Notes: a model not told the origin generated them from the letters alone. Counted from the stretch's first letter, positions 53,213 through 63,865 are shown. The stretch is 64,000 nucleotides of DNA from Kiritimatiellia bacterium (GCA_045656285.1 JAZOQY010000032.1:6758-70757), one strand, 5' to 3'. Numbers and translations are program-made.

Positions 53213-54592
53213 ATGAAAAAGATACTTTTTGCTTTTGCAGTTCTTCTGGCGGGGCTTGTTTTTGCCGAAGAGCAGATTATCGACGGCAAGAAAATGGTCT
53301 GCAAGGATGGTATTTGCATGCTTGTCGAAGAAGGCGTTGATGAAGCCGGCTCTCCTTTGGCGCCGGATTGGCTTTCCGCCGCCGCCGATGTCGACAGCCA
53401 AAAAGAAAAGCCGTCCGGCGGCGTGACCAATGAGCCTCCCGCTTCCGTTGCCGATTCCCGCGATGGAGCGCGGACGTCCGGCGATCAGAATCAGGAACGT
53501 CCTTTATCGTCCGCGACGCCAGAAACAGGATTTGCTCTTGCCGTCACGCCGCGTGTCGCCCAGGGGTATATGGATGTCGATGAATTTCTGGCGTTTTTGG
53601 AAAATTCCGGCGGGAAAGACGGCGAGGACGGCTCGGGATCGTTTTTGGGCGGGAAATCGTGGTGGTTGATCATACTTTTGGTTGTCGCCGGCGGTCTTGT
53701 GATGAATTTTACGCCTTGTGTTTTGCCGATGATTCCGATAAATCTTATGATTATCGGCCGTTCTGCCGTCCGTGGAGCCTTGTACGGCGCCGGCATCGCC
53801 ATAGCATACGGTGTTCTCGGAGTCCTGGCGGCGGTTGGCGGAATGGCGTTCGGGGAAGTTCAGGGGAATCCGTGGTTCAATACGGCGATTGCGGTGCTCT
53901 TTACCGTGCTCGCACTTTCCATGCTCGGAGTGTTCTTTATTGATTTTTCGAAGAAGCGCAATAATTTCGCGGCTCTTCGCTCCAGCATGTGGCCCGGGGT
54001 CTTCGCTTTCTTCATGGGGATGGTGAGCGCCGTTCTCGCGGGTGCGTGCGTCGCCCCGATCCTTATCGCGGTATTGCTGCTTACTGCCGATTTGTTCGCC
54101 AAGGGCGTTGCCATCGCTCTTGCGCTGCCGTTCCTTCTCGGTCTTGGAATGGCGCTTCCGTGGCCGTTCGCCGGCGCGGGGCTTCAGGTTCTGCCCAAGC
54201 CTGGCGCATGGATGACGAAGGTCAACAAAATCTTCGGTGTGATCGTGCTTGGGTTCGCGGCGTATTACGGATTTTTGGCGTATAGCGGCTTTGTTGCCCG
54301 GAATGACTCTGGCGGCGTTTCCGATGTGGCCGATCTTGTCGACAAGGTGAACGAGGCCGAGGGTCCCGTACTGGTGGATTGCTGGGCGACGTGGTGCAAG
54401 AACTGCTCCGCCATGGAGAAAAACGTCCTGGCCGACGAGAAGGTCGGGAAAGTCCTGAAAGACAAAGGCTTTACCGTAATAAGGATGCAGTGTGAAAACG
54501 GAATAGGTGAATTGAAGACTCTGCCGGGGTGCGCCGACATCAAGGGGCTTCCCGCGTTTTTGGTTTTTGAGAAAAAGAAAAAGAATCAGTAA
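53213..54592 (+). CDS. dsbD: Thiol:disulfide interchange protein DsbD-like (CcdA-type membrane core plus C-terminal thioredoxin domain)
   Basis: Signal peptide MKKILFAFAVLLAGLVFA, a membrane core containing FTPCVLPMIP, and a C-terminal CWATWCKNC. I prefer the start at 53213 because 53195 lies inside the tggtaaaat -10 element. Confidence 0.8.
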   Translation: MKKILFAFAVLLAGLVFAEEQIIDGKKMVCKDGICMLVEEGVDEAGSPLAPDWLSAAADVDSQKEKPSGGVTNEPPASVADSRDGARTSGDQNQERPLSSATPETGFALAVTPRVAQGYMDVDEFLAFLENSGGKDGEDGSGSFLGGKSWWLIILLVVAGGLVMNFTPCVLPMIPINLMIIGRSAVRGALYGAGIAIAYGVLGVLAAVGGMAFGEVQGNPWFNTAIAVLFTVLALSMLGVFFIDFSKKRNNFAALRSSMWPGVFAFFMGMVSAVLAGACVAPILIAVLLLTADLFAKGVAIALALPFLLGLGMALPWPFAGAGLQVLPKPGAWMTKVNKIFGVIVLGFAAYYGFLAYSGFVARNDSGGVSDVADLVDKVNEAEGPVLVDCWATWCKNCSAMEKNVLADEKVGKVLKDKGFTVIRMQCENGIGELKTLPGCADIKGLPAFLVFEKKKKNQ

Positions 54593-54607
54593 AGAAAGGA
54601 ACACAAG

Positions 54608-55423
54608 ATGAAAAAGATCATGGTTTTGGCCGCTATGTCCGCAGTGTCGCTGTCGCTGTTGGCGAAGACATCGACGCCGGATGGGTTTAGCGATGATTTG
54701 GACGCGGCGATCGAGGCGTCGAAGGCATCTGGCAAGACCGTTTATGCCGTCTTCTCCGGCAGCGACTGGTGCTATTGGTGCAAAGTCCTCGAGAAGGATT
54801 ATCTTTCAAAGAAGGAGTTCGTCGATGAAGCCTCGAAGAGCTTCGAATTGGTCTACATCGACTCACCGAACGACAAGACAAAGCTTTCCGAAAAGGCGGC
54901 CAGGAAAAATCCCGAGCTGGTGAAGAAGTACGGCATTCGCGGCTTCCCCACCGTCAAGTTCATTGCGGCCGACGGGTCCGCCTTCGAGGCGTCCCGTCCC
55001 GGAAACGGAGTTGCGCCCAAGGCGTACGCCGAGTCGCTTGCGAAGGAACTTAAGTATCGTCCTTTGGTCGAAAAGCACATCAAGCCGCTTAAGGACGAGC
55101 TCAATTCCGCGATGAGGGCCGCCTGGACAAAGTTCATCAAGATCGGAGATCCCTTCTCTAAGAAGACGGAAGAGGAGCAGCGCGCGGCCTACGCCGATGT
55201 GCAGAAGAATTTCGTCGAAGTCATCGCCCAGATGAACGAGCTTCGCGGAAAGATCGCAAAGGCCGAAGTCCCCGCCGAGATTGCGCACGAAAAGGAGAAT
55301 CTCATCAAGAGACTCGACCGCGACATCAAGGGCATGAAGGAAACCTCGGCCGTGACGTTTGAAGACGCCAAGAAAGCCGATGAAGCCCGGAAGAACCGCA
55401 AGGGGAAGAACAAGATCAAGTAA
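54608..55423 (+). CDS. Secreted thioredoxin-fold protein with a Lys-rich coiled C-terminal region
   Basis: A signal peptide and the motif FSGSDWCYWCKVLEKD (CxxC). Confidence 0.7.
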   Translation: MKKIMVLAAMSAVSLSLLAKTSTPDGFSDDLDAAIEASKASGKTVYAVFSGSDWCYWCKVLEKDYLSKKEFVDEASKSFELVYIDSPNDKTKLSEKAARKNPELVKKYGIRGFPTVKFIAADGSAFEASRPGNGVAPKAYAESLAKELKYRPLVEKHIKPLKDELNSAMRAAWTKFIKIGDPFSKKTEEEQRAAYADVQKNFVEVIAQMNELRGKIAKAEVPAEIAHEKENLIKRLDRDIKGMKETSAVTFEDAKKADEARKNRKGKNKIK

Positions 55424-55429
55424 CGACGG

Positions 55430-57283
55430 ATGGTTATGGCTAAGAGCAGTTACGGCGCAGACAGCATCAAGACCCTCGATCCGGTGACGCATATCAGAAT
55501 GCGTCCCGGCATGTATGTCGGCGAGCCCGGTACGGGTGCGATGTACCATGATTGCATCTACATTCTGATGAAGGAGGTCATCGACAACTCGGTCGACGAG
55601 TTCGTCATGAACCACGGCAGAAGAATCGATGTCAATGTCAATTATGATACGGGTGAGACCAGCGTTCGTGACTACGGTCGAGGCATTCCCCTTGAGAAGG
55701 TCGTCGACTGCGTAAGCCAGATGAACACCGGAGGAAAGTTCGACTCCGACAACTTCCAGTTCTCCGCCGGCATGAACGGCGTCGGAACGAAGGCCGTGAA
55801 CGCGCTTTCCGAGTTTTTCGAGGTCCGCGCCTTCCGCGAGGGCGAGTATTCCGAGGGCTTTTTCGAAGAAGGGCGCCTCAAGTCCAAGAAGCGCGGACAG
55901 TGCAGGACGCGCGAGCCGAACGGAACGTTCATCCGCTACAAGCCGGACGTGAAGGTTCTCAAGAACTTCAAGGTGCGCGAAGAGCATGTCGTAAGGCGCA
56001 TGCGCATGTACTGCTACGTGAACGCGGGCCTTACGATCAACCTCAACGGCCAGTCGATCTGCTCCGAGGGCGGGCTCGCCGATCTCGTCGCCGACGAGGC
56101 CCAGTTCGAAAAGCTCTATGCGCCTTTCCACATCAAGACGAAGAATCTCGAGATAATCTTCACCCACACGAACCGTTTCGGCGAAGAGTACCATTCCTTC
56201 GTCAACGGCCAGTACACGACCGACGGCGGAACCCATCTTACCGCGTTCAAGGAGGCGCTCACCAAGGCGCTCAACGACTACGGGGCGAAGAAGAAGTTCG
56301 ACGGCGACGATATCCGCGACGGCCTTATCGGAGCGGTGTCGCTCAGGATCATGAATCCCGTATTCGAGGGACAGACGAAGATCAAGTTCGTGATGAACGA
56401 CATCCGTTCCGATCTCGTCGCCGAGATGCGCAAGGAGATTCTCGCCGCACTCCACCGCTCGCCCTCCGAGACGGACAAGCTCATCGCAAAGATCGAGGAG
56501 ACGGGCAAGATCCGCTCCCAGCTCAATACGATCAAGAAGCAGGCGCGCGAGCGCACGCAGGCGGTTTCGGTCCGCGTTCCGCAGCTCAAGGACTGCAAGA
56601 ACCATCTCAAGCTCGACAAGGTAAACAAGAAGACCGGCCGTCCAGAAGGCGACGACACGATGATCTTTTTGACCGAGGGCCAGTCCGCTGGCGGCACGCT
56701 CGGTCTCGCGCGCGATGCGATGAACCAGGCCGTGTTCTTCCTGAAGGGCAAGCCTCTCAACACGTGCGGACTCAACAAGGACGTTCTCTACAAGAACGAG
56801 GAGTTCTTCAATCTCATCAAGACTCTCGACATTGAAGACTCTCTCGACCACCTGAGATATTCCAAGATCATCTTCGCGACCGATGCCGATGTCGACGGGC
56901 TTCACATACGGATGCTCCTTACGACATTCTTCATGCGCTTCTACCGCCCCCTCATAACGGACGGGCGCGTATTCATTCTCGAGACGCCGCTCTTCCGCGT
57001 GCGCAACAAGAAGGAGCAGCACTACTGCTTCTCCGACGAGGAGCGCGAGGCCGCGATCAGGAAGTGCGGGCGCGGGTGCGAGATTACGCGATTCAAGGGA
57101 TTGGGCGAATTGAACGCCAAGGAGTTCAAGGACTTCATCGGCGAGAGCATGCGCTTGACTCCGGTCACGTGCGCGGACGATCACGACGTCGAAAAGACGA
57201 TAAAGTTCTACATGGGCAGCAACACCCCGGAGCGCAAGGACTACATCATGGAATCGCTCGTCTGCGATTCGAGCGATTTCTAG
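55430..57283 (+). CDS. parE: Type IIA topoisomerase subunit B (short ParE-like form, 617 aa)
   Basis: GHKL ATPase motifs (LDPVTHIRMRPGMYVG, EVIDNSVDE, GGKFD) and a Toprim domain (IFLTEGQSAGG, IFATDADVDGLHI). Assigning ParE rather than GyrB rests on length only. Confidence 0.75.
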   Translation: MVMAKSSYGADSIKTLDPVTHIRMRPGMYVGEPGTGAMYHDCIYILMKEVIDNSVDEFVMNHGRRIDVNVNYDTGETSVRDYGRGIPLEKVVDCVSQMNTGGKFDSDNFQFSAGMNGVGTKAVNALSEFFEVRAFREGEYSEGFFEEGRLKSKKRGQCRTREPNGTFIRYKPDVKVLKNFKVREEHVVRRMRMYCYVNAGLTINLNGQSICSEGGLADLVADEAQFEKLYAPFHIKTKNLEIIFTHTNRFGEEYHSFVNGQYTTDGGTHLTAFKEALTKALNDYGAKKKFDGDDIRDGLIGAVSLRIMNPVFEGQTKIKFVMNDIRSDLVAEMRKEILAALHRSPSETDKLIAKIEETGKIRSQLNTIKKQARERTQAVSVRVPQLKDCKNHLKLDKVNKKTGRPEGDDTMIFLTEGQSAGGTLGLARDAMNQAVFFLKGKPLNTCGLNKDVLYKNEEFFNLIKTLDIEDSLDHLRYSKIIFATDADVDGLHIRMLLTTFFMRFYRPLITDGRVFILETPLFRVRNKKEQHYCFSDEEREAAIRKCGRGCEITRFKGLGELNAKEFKDFIGESMRLTPVTCADDHDVEKTIKFYMGSNTPERKDYIMESLVCDSSDF

Positions 57284-57315
57284 GATCCGGCTCCCCGCGA
57301 TTGCATGATTCAGGC

Positions 57316-59475
57316 ATGAGACTCGAAGACATAAAAAAAAGAATGGATCATCTCGTTGCGGAGATAAACCGCAACGACCGTCTTTACTATGTCGAGGCGC
57401 GTCCCGTCATTCCCGATGCCCAGTATGACGAAATGTACGAGGAGCTGATCGCTCTTGAGCGCGAACACCCCCAGTTCAAAGACCAGAATTCCCCGACCCT
57501 TCGGGTGAGCGGCGAGCCCATCGAAGGCTTTTTGCAGGTGCGCCACTCTCCGCCCATGAAGTCGCTGGACAAATGCTACGAGAAAGGCGAATTGATCCAG
57601 TTCGATTCGTTCCTCCGTCGCGAAATCCCCGGAGATGTTTCGTTCAATTACGTCGTCGAGCCCAAGGTCGACGGTGTTTCAATGTCGCTTTTTTACGAGA
57701 ATCGCGCGCTTGTGCGCGCTGCCACGCGAGGGAACGGCGAAGTCGGAGATGATGTGACCCAGAATGTCCGCACGATCCGCTCGATCCCCAAGATTCTTCC
57801 CGGCGACGCGCCCGAGATGCTAGAGGTCCGCGGCGAGGTTTTCATGACGCGCGACGGTTTTGTGAAGCTTAACGCGGCATTGGACGAGGCGGGACGGGAG
57901 ACGTTCATGAATCCGCGCAACGCCTGCGCCGGTTCGCTTAAGCTTCTGGACCCTAAAGTAGTCTCGAAGCGTCCGCTCGACATGGTGGTCTACAATGCCG
58001 GCGGAGTCGGGTGCGACGGCTTTGGTACTCATGCCGAAATGATCGAGGCATTCAGGCGCTGGGGATTTGCGGTAGCGCCGTTCAGCCGCATCGTTCCGAC
58101 GATCGGCGAGGCCGTCGGGGCGATCGACGAACTTGGCCGCATGCGTCATGATTTTCGCTTTGAGATCGACGGAGCGGTTCTTAAGATAAACGAGCGTACG
58201 CTCTACGGCCTGCTCGGTGCGACCGCCCATTCGCCCCGTTGGGCGCGTGCCTATAAATATGCGCCAGAGCGCGCCGAAACGCTGCTTAAAGACATAACGG
58301 TCCAAGTCGGACGAACGGGCGTGCTGACTCCTGTAGCCGAACTTGAGAGCGTAGAGCTCGCGGGCAGCGTCATATCGCGAGCGACGCTCCACAACTCCGA
58401 TCAGATCGTCGCCCAGGACATTCGCATAGGCGACCGCGTATGGGTCGTCAAGGCCGGAGATGTGATCCCCGCCATCGACGGAGTGATCCTGGAGAAGCGC
58501 CCTCGTGATTCCGTGCCGTATGCATTTCCCGCGGACTGCCCCGTTTGCGGCGGCGCCGTCGTCAAGCTTGATGGCGAAGTCGCGGTAAGATGCGTCAATC
58601 CCGCATGTCCCGCGCAGCTTCAAAGGCGTCTTGAGCATTTCGCGAGCCGCAACGCGCTTGACATCAAGGCTCTTGGCGGAAGGATTTCGGATGTCCTTGT
58701 CGAGAAGAAGATCGTTACCGATCCGATTGACCTTTTTACGCTTGACTACGGCGCGCTGCAGGATCTTGATGTCGGAGAAGAGGGTGCTGCGCGCAAATTC
58801 GGCAAGAACGCGCTCAATATGATGAAGGCTGTGTCGGATGCGAAAAGATTGCCGCTCGAACGATGGCTTTTTGCGTTCGGCATTCCGAATGTCGGCGTGA
58901 CTGTCGCGCGCGATATTTCCGCCGAGCACGGGAGGATGAGCGAACTTGCCGGCAGTCCCGTGCTGAAGAATGTCGTCGAGAACGATCTTAAAAAGGGGAA
59001 GGAGCGCAAGATACTCCAGATCAAGGTCGAGGCGGCAAAGTCTGTGCTCGCTTTCTTCGACAGTGATTATGGACGCGGTGTGCTGGCGAAGCTCAAGGAG
59101 CTGGGCATCGATCCTGTTCGGGCCGAGAAGGAGGCCGTGAAGACCGAGGGACCTCTTGTCGGGATGGGGTGCGTACTTACCGGGTCTCTTTCGCGCCCGA
59201 GAACGGAGTGGGCTAGGCTTATCGAGCTTGCGGGCGGTGTTGTTCAGAGCGCCGTAACCTCAAAGACGCGTTATTTGATAGCAGGTGCGAATGTCGGAGC
59301 GGCCAAAACGGAGAAGGCCAAAGCGCTTGGAACCGAGGTGATCGACGAGGCCCGCCTCAAGGAGCTTCTTGGGATGGCTGCCGAAGAAGGCGTGAGCGGT
59401 TCCGCTGTTGAAAAACCGGCTCCTTCGGCCGAAAAGCCCGTTCTCGTTCAAGACATGCTGCTTGATTTCGGTTGA
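57316..59475 (+). CDS. ligA: NAD-dependent DNA ligase
   Basis: YYVEARPVIPDAQYDEMY, adenylation motif VEPKVDGVSMSL, Zn finger CPVCGGAV...CVNPACPAQ and a C-terminal BRCT domain. The start at 57316 (MRLEDIKKRMDHL) is used because the ORF-track start at 57064 lies inside parE. Confidence 0.9.
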   Translation: MRLEDIKKRMDHLVAEINRNDRLYYVEARPVIPDAQYDEMYEELIALEREHPQFKDQNSPTLRVSGEPIEGFLQVRHSPPMKSLDKCYEKGELIQFDSFLRREIPGDVSFNYVVEPKVDGVSMSLFYENRALVRAATRGNGEVGDDVTQNVRTIRSIPKILPGDAPEMLEVRGEVFMTRDGFVKLNAALDEAGRETFMNPRNACAGSLKLLDPKVVSKRPLDMVVYNAGGVGCDGFGTHAEMIEAFRRWGFAVAPFSRIVPTIGEAVGAIDELGRMRHDFRFEIDGAVLKINERTLYGLLGATAHSPRWARAYKYAPERAETLLKDITVQVGRTGVLTPVAELESVELAGSVISRATLHNSDQIVAQDIRIGDRVWVVKAGDVIPAIDGVILEKRPRDSVPYAFPADCPVCGGAVVKLDGEVAVRCVNPACPAQLQRRLEHFASRNALDIKALGGRISDVLVEKKIVTDPIDLFTLDYGALQDLDVGEEGAARKFGKNALNMMKAVSDAKRLPLERWLFAFGIPNVGVTVARDISAEHGRMSELAGSPVLKNVVENDLKKGKERKILQIKVEAAKSVLAFFDSDYGRGVLAKLKELGIDPVRAEKEAVKTEGPLVGMGCVLTGSLSRPRTEWARLIELAGGVVQSAVTSKTRYLIAGANVGAAKTEKAKALGTEVIDEARLKELLGMAAEEGVSGSAVEKPAPSAEKPVLVQDMLLDFG

Positions 59476-59579
59476 GTCACAGTCCTGTCTCCCGGACGCA
59501 AGCGTCGCAGCAGACAGCAAGCGACGGCGATAGCTTTTTCTTGTTTTTCTTTGAGAAGCTTTGATACAATAATGACATT

Positions 59580-60368
59580 ATGTCAAGGACGGTTCTGATA
59601 ACGGGCGCGAGCTCCGGAATAGGAGAGGCGTTGGCGCTGGAGTGCGCCAAGCGCGGCGATACGCTTTTTCTTTGCGGGCGAAACGGCGAACGGCTTCAGG
59701 GCGTGGCCGAGGCGTGCCGTTCTCTGGGAGGCGTCGTTTACGCCGAAGTTCTCGATGTTACTGACGCCGCGTCGGCAAAGGCGTGGATTGAAAAATGCGA
59801 TTCCATCTCGTCCGTTGAAATTGTTTTTTCAAATGCCGGAGTGGGGACGGGAGAAGAAACCGAAAGCAACGTAAGACTGACGTTCGGCATAAACGTGGGA
59901 GGCGCCGTCAACATCGTGCTCCCGGCGATCGAAATTTTCAGAAAGCGCGCTCGCGAGCGGATCGATCCCGGATTGCGGCAGATACTCATCACATCGTCGA
60001 TAGCGGGGTACGGGCCGCTTAAGAGCTGTCCTTCGTATTCCGCCACCAAAAGCTGCGTAAAGACCTGGGCGCTTGCGTTGAGGGGCATGCTCAAGAGCGA
60101 AGGGATTCGCGTTTCTGCGATCTGCCCCGGTTTTGTCCGTTCGCGCATCACCGAAAAGAATACGTGCCCGATGCCTTTCTTCATGGAGGCGGACAAGGCC
60201 GCCAGAATAATTCTGAAGCGCGCCGGGCGCAATGTCGGGTTGATCGCCTTCCCGTGGCCTATGCGTCTTGCGACATGGTTTTTATCGATACTTCCGTATA
60301 GGTTTAATGAAATCATAAATTCAATTCTTCCCGAAAAGATAGCTTCCGGAAGACCGAAAATGCTTTGA
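59580..60368 (+). CDS. Short-chain dehydrogenase/reductase (SDR)
   Basis: VLITGASSGIGEA (TGxxxGxG) and YSATK (YxxxK). Length is 262 aa. Confidence 0.8.
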   Translation: MSRTVLITGASSGIGEALALECAKRGDTLFLCGRNGERLQGVAEACRSLGGVVYAEVLDVTDAASAKAWIEKCDSISSVEIVFSNAGVGTGEETESNVRLTFGINVGGAVNIVLPAIEIFRKRARERIDPGLRQILITSSIAGYGPLKSCPSYSATKSCVKTWALALRGMLKSEGIRVSAICPGFVRSRITEKNTCPMPFFMEADKAARIILKRAGRNVGLIAFPWPMRLATWFLSILPYRFNEIINSILPEKIASGRPKML

Positions 60369-60370
60369 TT

Positions 60371-61537
60371 ATGATCTATGCGGTAATATCCGATGTACAC
60401 GCCAACGAAACGGCTCTCCGGAAAGTTCTCGAGGACGCCGAAGTTCACGGGGCCGAAGGCATCATCTGTCTGGGAGATGCCGTCGGATACGGGCCGCTTC
60501 CGGCCGAGACCGTCGCGCTTCTACGGGAGGTGAACGCGTCGATGGTCGTCGGGAATCATGATGCCGCCGTTTTGGGGCGCGGCAACGGCGACGATTTCAT
60601 TGATCTGGCCAAAGATGCCGTTGAGAGGCATCGCGAGGCGTTGGGCCAGAAAGACCGCGATTTTCTCGCCGGCCTGCCTTATGTCCTGACATTTGCGGAG
60701 GCAGTCGCCACGCATGGCGATTTCACGGATCCGGAAAAGTTTTTATACATAGAGGACACCGAGGACGCCAAAGTGAATTTTGACGCTGTCGACGCGCGTC
60801 TTGCGTTTGTCGGCCATACGCATGTTCCGGGCGTTTTTCTGACGGGTTGCTCGGGCGCGGTCTACAAGATAGAGCCTCAGGATTTTGTGCTGGAAGACGA
60901 AAAGCGCTACATAGTGAATCCAGGATCGGTCGGCTATCCGCGCGAAAGGAACGGGCAGTGTTTTTCGTCGTATGTTCTCTATGATTCCGACGAGCGCAGC
61001 ATTTCATTCCGCTTCCTGCCTTTTGCCGTTTCTTCGGTGATGCAGCGCGGAGGAATCCAAAAGCGGTTCGGGAAATGGGTTTGGGCTTCAGGCGCGGCGT
61101 TGCTGTGCGCGGCGGTGGCGGCCGTCGTTTGGCTCTCTGCCGCCTTTTTTGCCGGCAAAAACGACGGGAGCAATGTCAAGGAAGCCGAAAAAGAGGTCAT
61201 GGTCGTCGAGAAGGTTGATGACGGCAAAGCATTGACGCTTGACGTGAAAGAGCTTGATATGTCGCCTCAGATGAAATATCTGAAATATGACCTCTCTTTG
61301 GATGCGCAGGCGCATTCGGAACCTGTAAAGGTAAAGACCGAGTTTTTGGATGAAGCGGGAGTTGTTGTTGATGAGAATACGAGGACGGTGAAAGAAGAGT
61401 GGAAGGCGTGGAAGAAAATAACGGTAAAAAACCGCGAAAAGGCCAAGAGAGTGAGAATAACGCTTGCAAAGCAGAAAAAAGAAGACAATGTGAGGGTGAA
61501 GGAGTTTTCGCCTCGACTTTCCGAGGCCAAGGATTGA
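60371..61537 (+). CDS. Calcineurin-like metallophosphoesterase with a C-terminal TM segment and a Lys/Glu-rich extension
   Basis: MIYAVISDVHAN, GDAVGYGP, GNHD and GHTH. A TM helix WVWASGAALLCAAVAAVVWLSAAFFA follows. ATG 60371 is preferred over the TTG at 60365. Confidence 0.75.
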   Translation: MIYAVISDVHANETALRKVLEDAEVHGAEGIICLGDAVGYGPLPAETVALLREVNASMVVGNHDAAVLGRGNGDDFIDLAKDAVERHREALGQKDRDFLAGLPYVLTFAEAVATHGDFTDPEKFLYIEDTEDAKVNFDAVDARLAFVGHTHVPGVFLTGCSGAVYKIEPQDFVLEDEKRYIVNPGSVGYPRERNGQCFSSYVLYDSDERSISFRFLPFAVSSVMQRGGIQKRFGKWVWASGAALLCAAVAAVVWLSAAFFAGKNDGSNVKEAEKEVMVVEKVDDGKALTLDVKELDMSPQMKYLKYDLSLDAQAHSEPVKVKTEFLDEAGVVVDENTRTVKEEWKAWKKITVKNREKAKRVRITLAKQKKEDNVRVKEFSPRLSEAKD

Positions 61538-61702
61538 CCGCTGGCGGCGGACAGGAATTTGGGTGCATCGAAAAGTGAATGCGCACGCCGTTCAATTTTG
61601 ATATACTAAACGGATAATGCATTCGGTGGACGGGGAAATTTAGAGCGTTTTCGCTTTTTATGTCTGACAGTCCTAGGCTTAACAAACAACAAGGAAGATA
61701 AA

Positions 61703-63865
61703 ATGACGACAAAAATAATGGTTGCCGCAATAAGCGCTGTCGCTGCGGTATCGTTGTTCGCGCAGACCGAGAACAAGCGCGAATATCCCAAAACGACTAA
61801 AGAGCTTGCCGCGTTGCCGCGTCTTCCTACGACCAAAACGCCCGTTCCTGAGGATGCCGGTATCTATATCGGTTCCGGCGTATATCCCAACCACGGCAAG
61901 ATGCTTACCGGCGGCTTCTGTTTCACCTACTGGGAGCCCGGCACTCTCGATCCCACCGGCGCTGTCGAACTTTGCGTCAAGGAGCAGGTCGGCAACACTC
62001 TCCAGTTCTGGCGCGGTAACGAGATTCTTCGCGATCTTTGCCGTCTCGCCAAGGAGAAGGGTCTTTATTCTACCTGTATCTATTCGCGCGGAGAGCGCGG
62101 AATTCCTCACGTAATCACCAACGAGCTCGGCGCGACGTGGCTCGGTTACGACTTCGGCGAGAAGTTCTCGTTCGCTCTCGACGACTGGGGTGATCGCGGC
62201 CAGACGCTCGAGACGGTTGCCGCTGACTATATGAAGCGCGTTCGTGCTCATGTCGATAAGCTTCATGATATGGGTTGGGGTAATGTTATGGCGACTTCCG
62301 CTAACTTCGGTCTCGATATCGAGGTCGCGGCAGGCGTAGAAATCCCCTGCACCGAGGACTTCCCCTTCGGTAGCCTTACGCTCTCCTCGTCGCTCGGTCG
62401 CGGTCTCTATCGCCAGTACAACCTGCCGATGTGGGGCTCGCATCTTGCGCACGAATGGTACAGCTGGATTCCCCATAAGAATCCCTACAAGATGAAGACG
62501 CTCGAGACGGCGTTTTATCTCAAGTATATGACGGGCGCCAAGATCATCATCAACGAGTCCGGCAACTGGCAGCTTCAGAGCTCGCTCTGCGAAGACTCTC
62601 CGATGTCCAAGATGCCCAAGCCTTTAAGAAAGCTCAACGTCCCCGTCACCGACGAGATGCGCAAGAAGTATGTCGAGCCGATCATGCCTGAGGCCAGGAA
62701 GAAATTCCCGATGCTCGACTATCGCTCGCCCGTCGCGACGAAGTATCGTAAGATCATTTCCGACTTCTATAAGTTCTGCCTCAAGAATCCCGCTCCCGCC
62801 GGTCAGCCCGAAGCCACCTGGGCGATCGCGAAGGGTAACCTCGACCTCGGCGGCGCGGGCTATGCTCCCGCCTCGGTAATCTGCGGTGCGGTCGAGCTCG
62901 CCAAGAAGAATCCCAACTGGATGGCCGGCACTCCTGAAATGAGCTGGGGCACGGTTCTCAATTCCGTCATGCCCAAGCCGCCGATGCTCGCTCCCAACAA
63001 GAACATCCACTTCTCGGCGACTCCCTACGGCCAGTGCGACATCGTTTCGTTCGCCGCCGACAATGTAACCGCCGACCACCTCATCAACAACTACAAGGTC
63101 GTCATGTTCGGCGGATGGAACACCTGCTCCGAGAAGCAGTACAAGGTCTTGAGCGAATACGTCAACCGCGGCGGCATTCTCGTTATCGGTCTTTGCCATC
63201 TTTCGACCGACAACAAGCGCGAATATCTCGATATGAAGCCCGAGAAGCTCGTGAACGGCGGTGACTTGAGCGAACTTTGCGGCCTTAAGGTCGTCGGCAT
63301 GTCGAACCGCAAATGGTGGGCCACCGGTCCCAGCGAGAAGCCGAACGAGCTCGGTTTCGTCGCGCGTCGCCGCTTCGGTAAGATGATGGTCTCGCTCGGC
63401 AAGGTTGAGTTTACCCAGGATGCTTCGAACTATGAGGAGATCGCCGTGGATGACGAGGATGGCGAACCCTTCATTCTCCGCTGCAAGAAGGGCAAGGGTC
63501 AGGTCTTCCTCATGAACTGGTGGAACTATCCCGCCGCCTGCAATTCCGACATCGGCTGCGGCGCCGAGATCGCCGATATCGGTATGGTCGGCTACCTCTA
63601 CAAGCACGCCGCCAAGCTCGGCCGCGGCAACGTGTACATTACGGGCAGCGACTTTGAGAATCCCGATGAGGATTGCAACTGGATCGTCTACTCCTACTTC
63701 CCGGACGCCGGCAAGGTTTACATGCTTAACCTCGACTACAAGAACGAGAGAAAGTGCGTACTCCAGCAGTTCGGAGACAAGGACTTCATCACTCTTAATC
63801 CCGGCGAATTCAGGATCATCGATTCCGTCAAGCTTCGCCCTGAAGAGAAACTCAACGTGGAGTGA
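61703..63865 (+). CDS. Secreted hypothetical protein (720 aa), possibly a glycoside hydrolase
   Basis: RBS aaggaag and signal peptide MTTKIMVAAISAVAAVSLFAQ. I recognise no motif, and the function guess rests only on the carbohydrate-rich context. Confidence 0.6.
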   Translation: MTTKIMVAAISAVAAVSLFAQTENKREYPKTTKELAALPRLPTTKTPVPEDAGIYIGSGVYPNHGKMLTGGFCFTYWEPGTLDPTGAVELCVKEQVGNTLQFWRGNEILRDLCRLAKEKGLYSTCIYSRGERGIPHVITNELGATWLGYDFGEKFSFALDDWGDRGQTLETVAADYMKRVRAHVDKLHDMGWGNVMATSANFGLDIEVAAGVEIPCTEDFPFGSLTLSSSLGRGLYRQYNLPMWGSHLAHEWYSWIPHKNPYKMKTLETAFYLKYMTGAKIIINESGNWQLQSSLCEDSPMSKMPKPLRKLNVPVTDEMRKKYVEPIMPEARKKFPMLDYRSPVATKYRKIISDFYKFCLKNPAPAGQPEATWAIAKGNLDLGGAGYAPASVICGAVELAKKNPNWMAGTPEMSWGTVLNSVMPKPPMLAPNKNIHFSATPYGQCDIVSFAADNVTADHLINNYKVVMFGGWNTCSEKQYKVLSEYVNRGGILVIGLCHLSTDNKREYLDMKPEKLVNGGDLSELCGLKVVGMSNRKWWATGPSEKPNELGFVARRRFGKMMVSLGKVEFTQDASNYEEIAVDDEDGEPFILRCKKGKGQVFLMNWWNYPAACNSDIGCGAEIADIGMVGYLYKHAAKLGRGNVYITGSDFENPDEDCNWIVYSYFPDAGKVYMLNLDYKNERKCVLQQFGDKDFITLNPGEFRIIDSVKLRPEEKLNVE

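Noticed and set aside
54863-57184. A 773-aa ORF on the minus strand
   Set aside because: It is antisense to the thioredoxin-fold gene and the topoisomerase B-subunit gene, both of which have clear family motifs. It is a shadow ORF.
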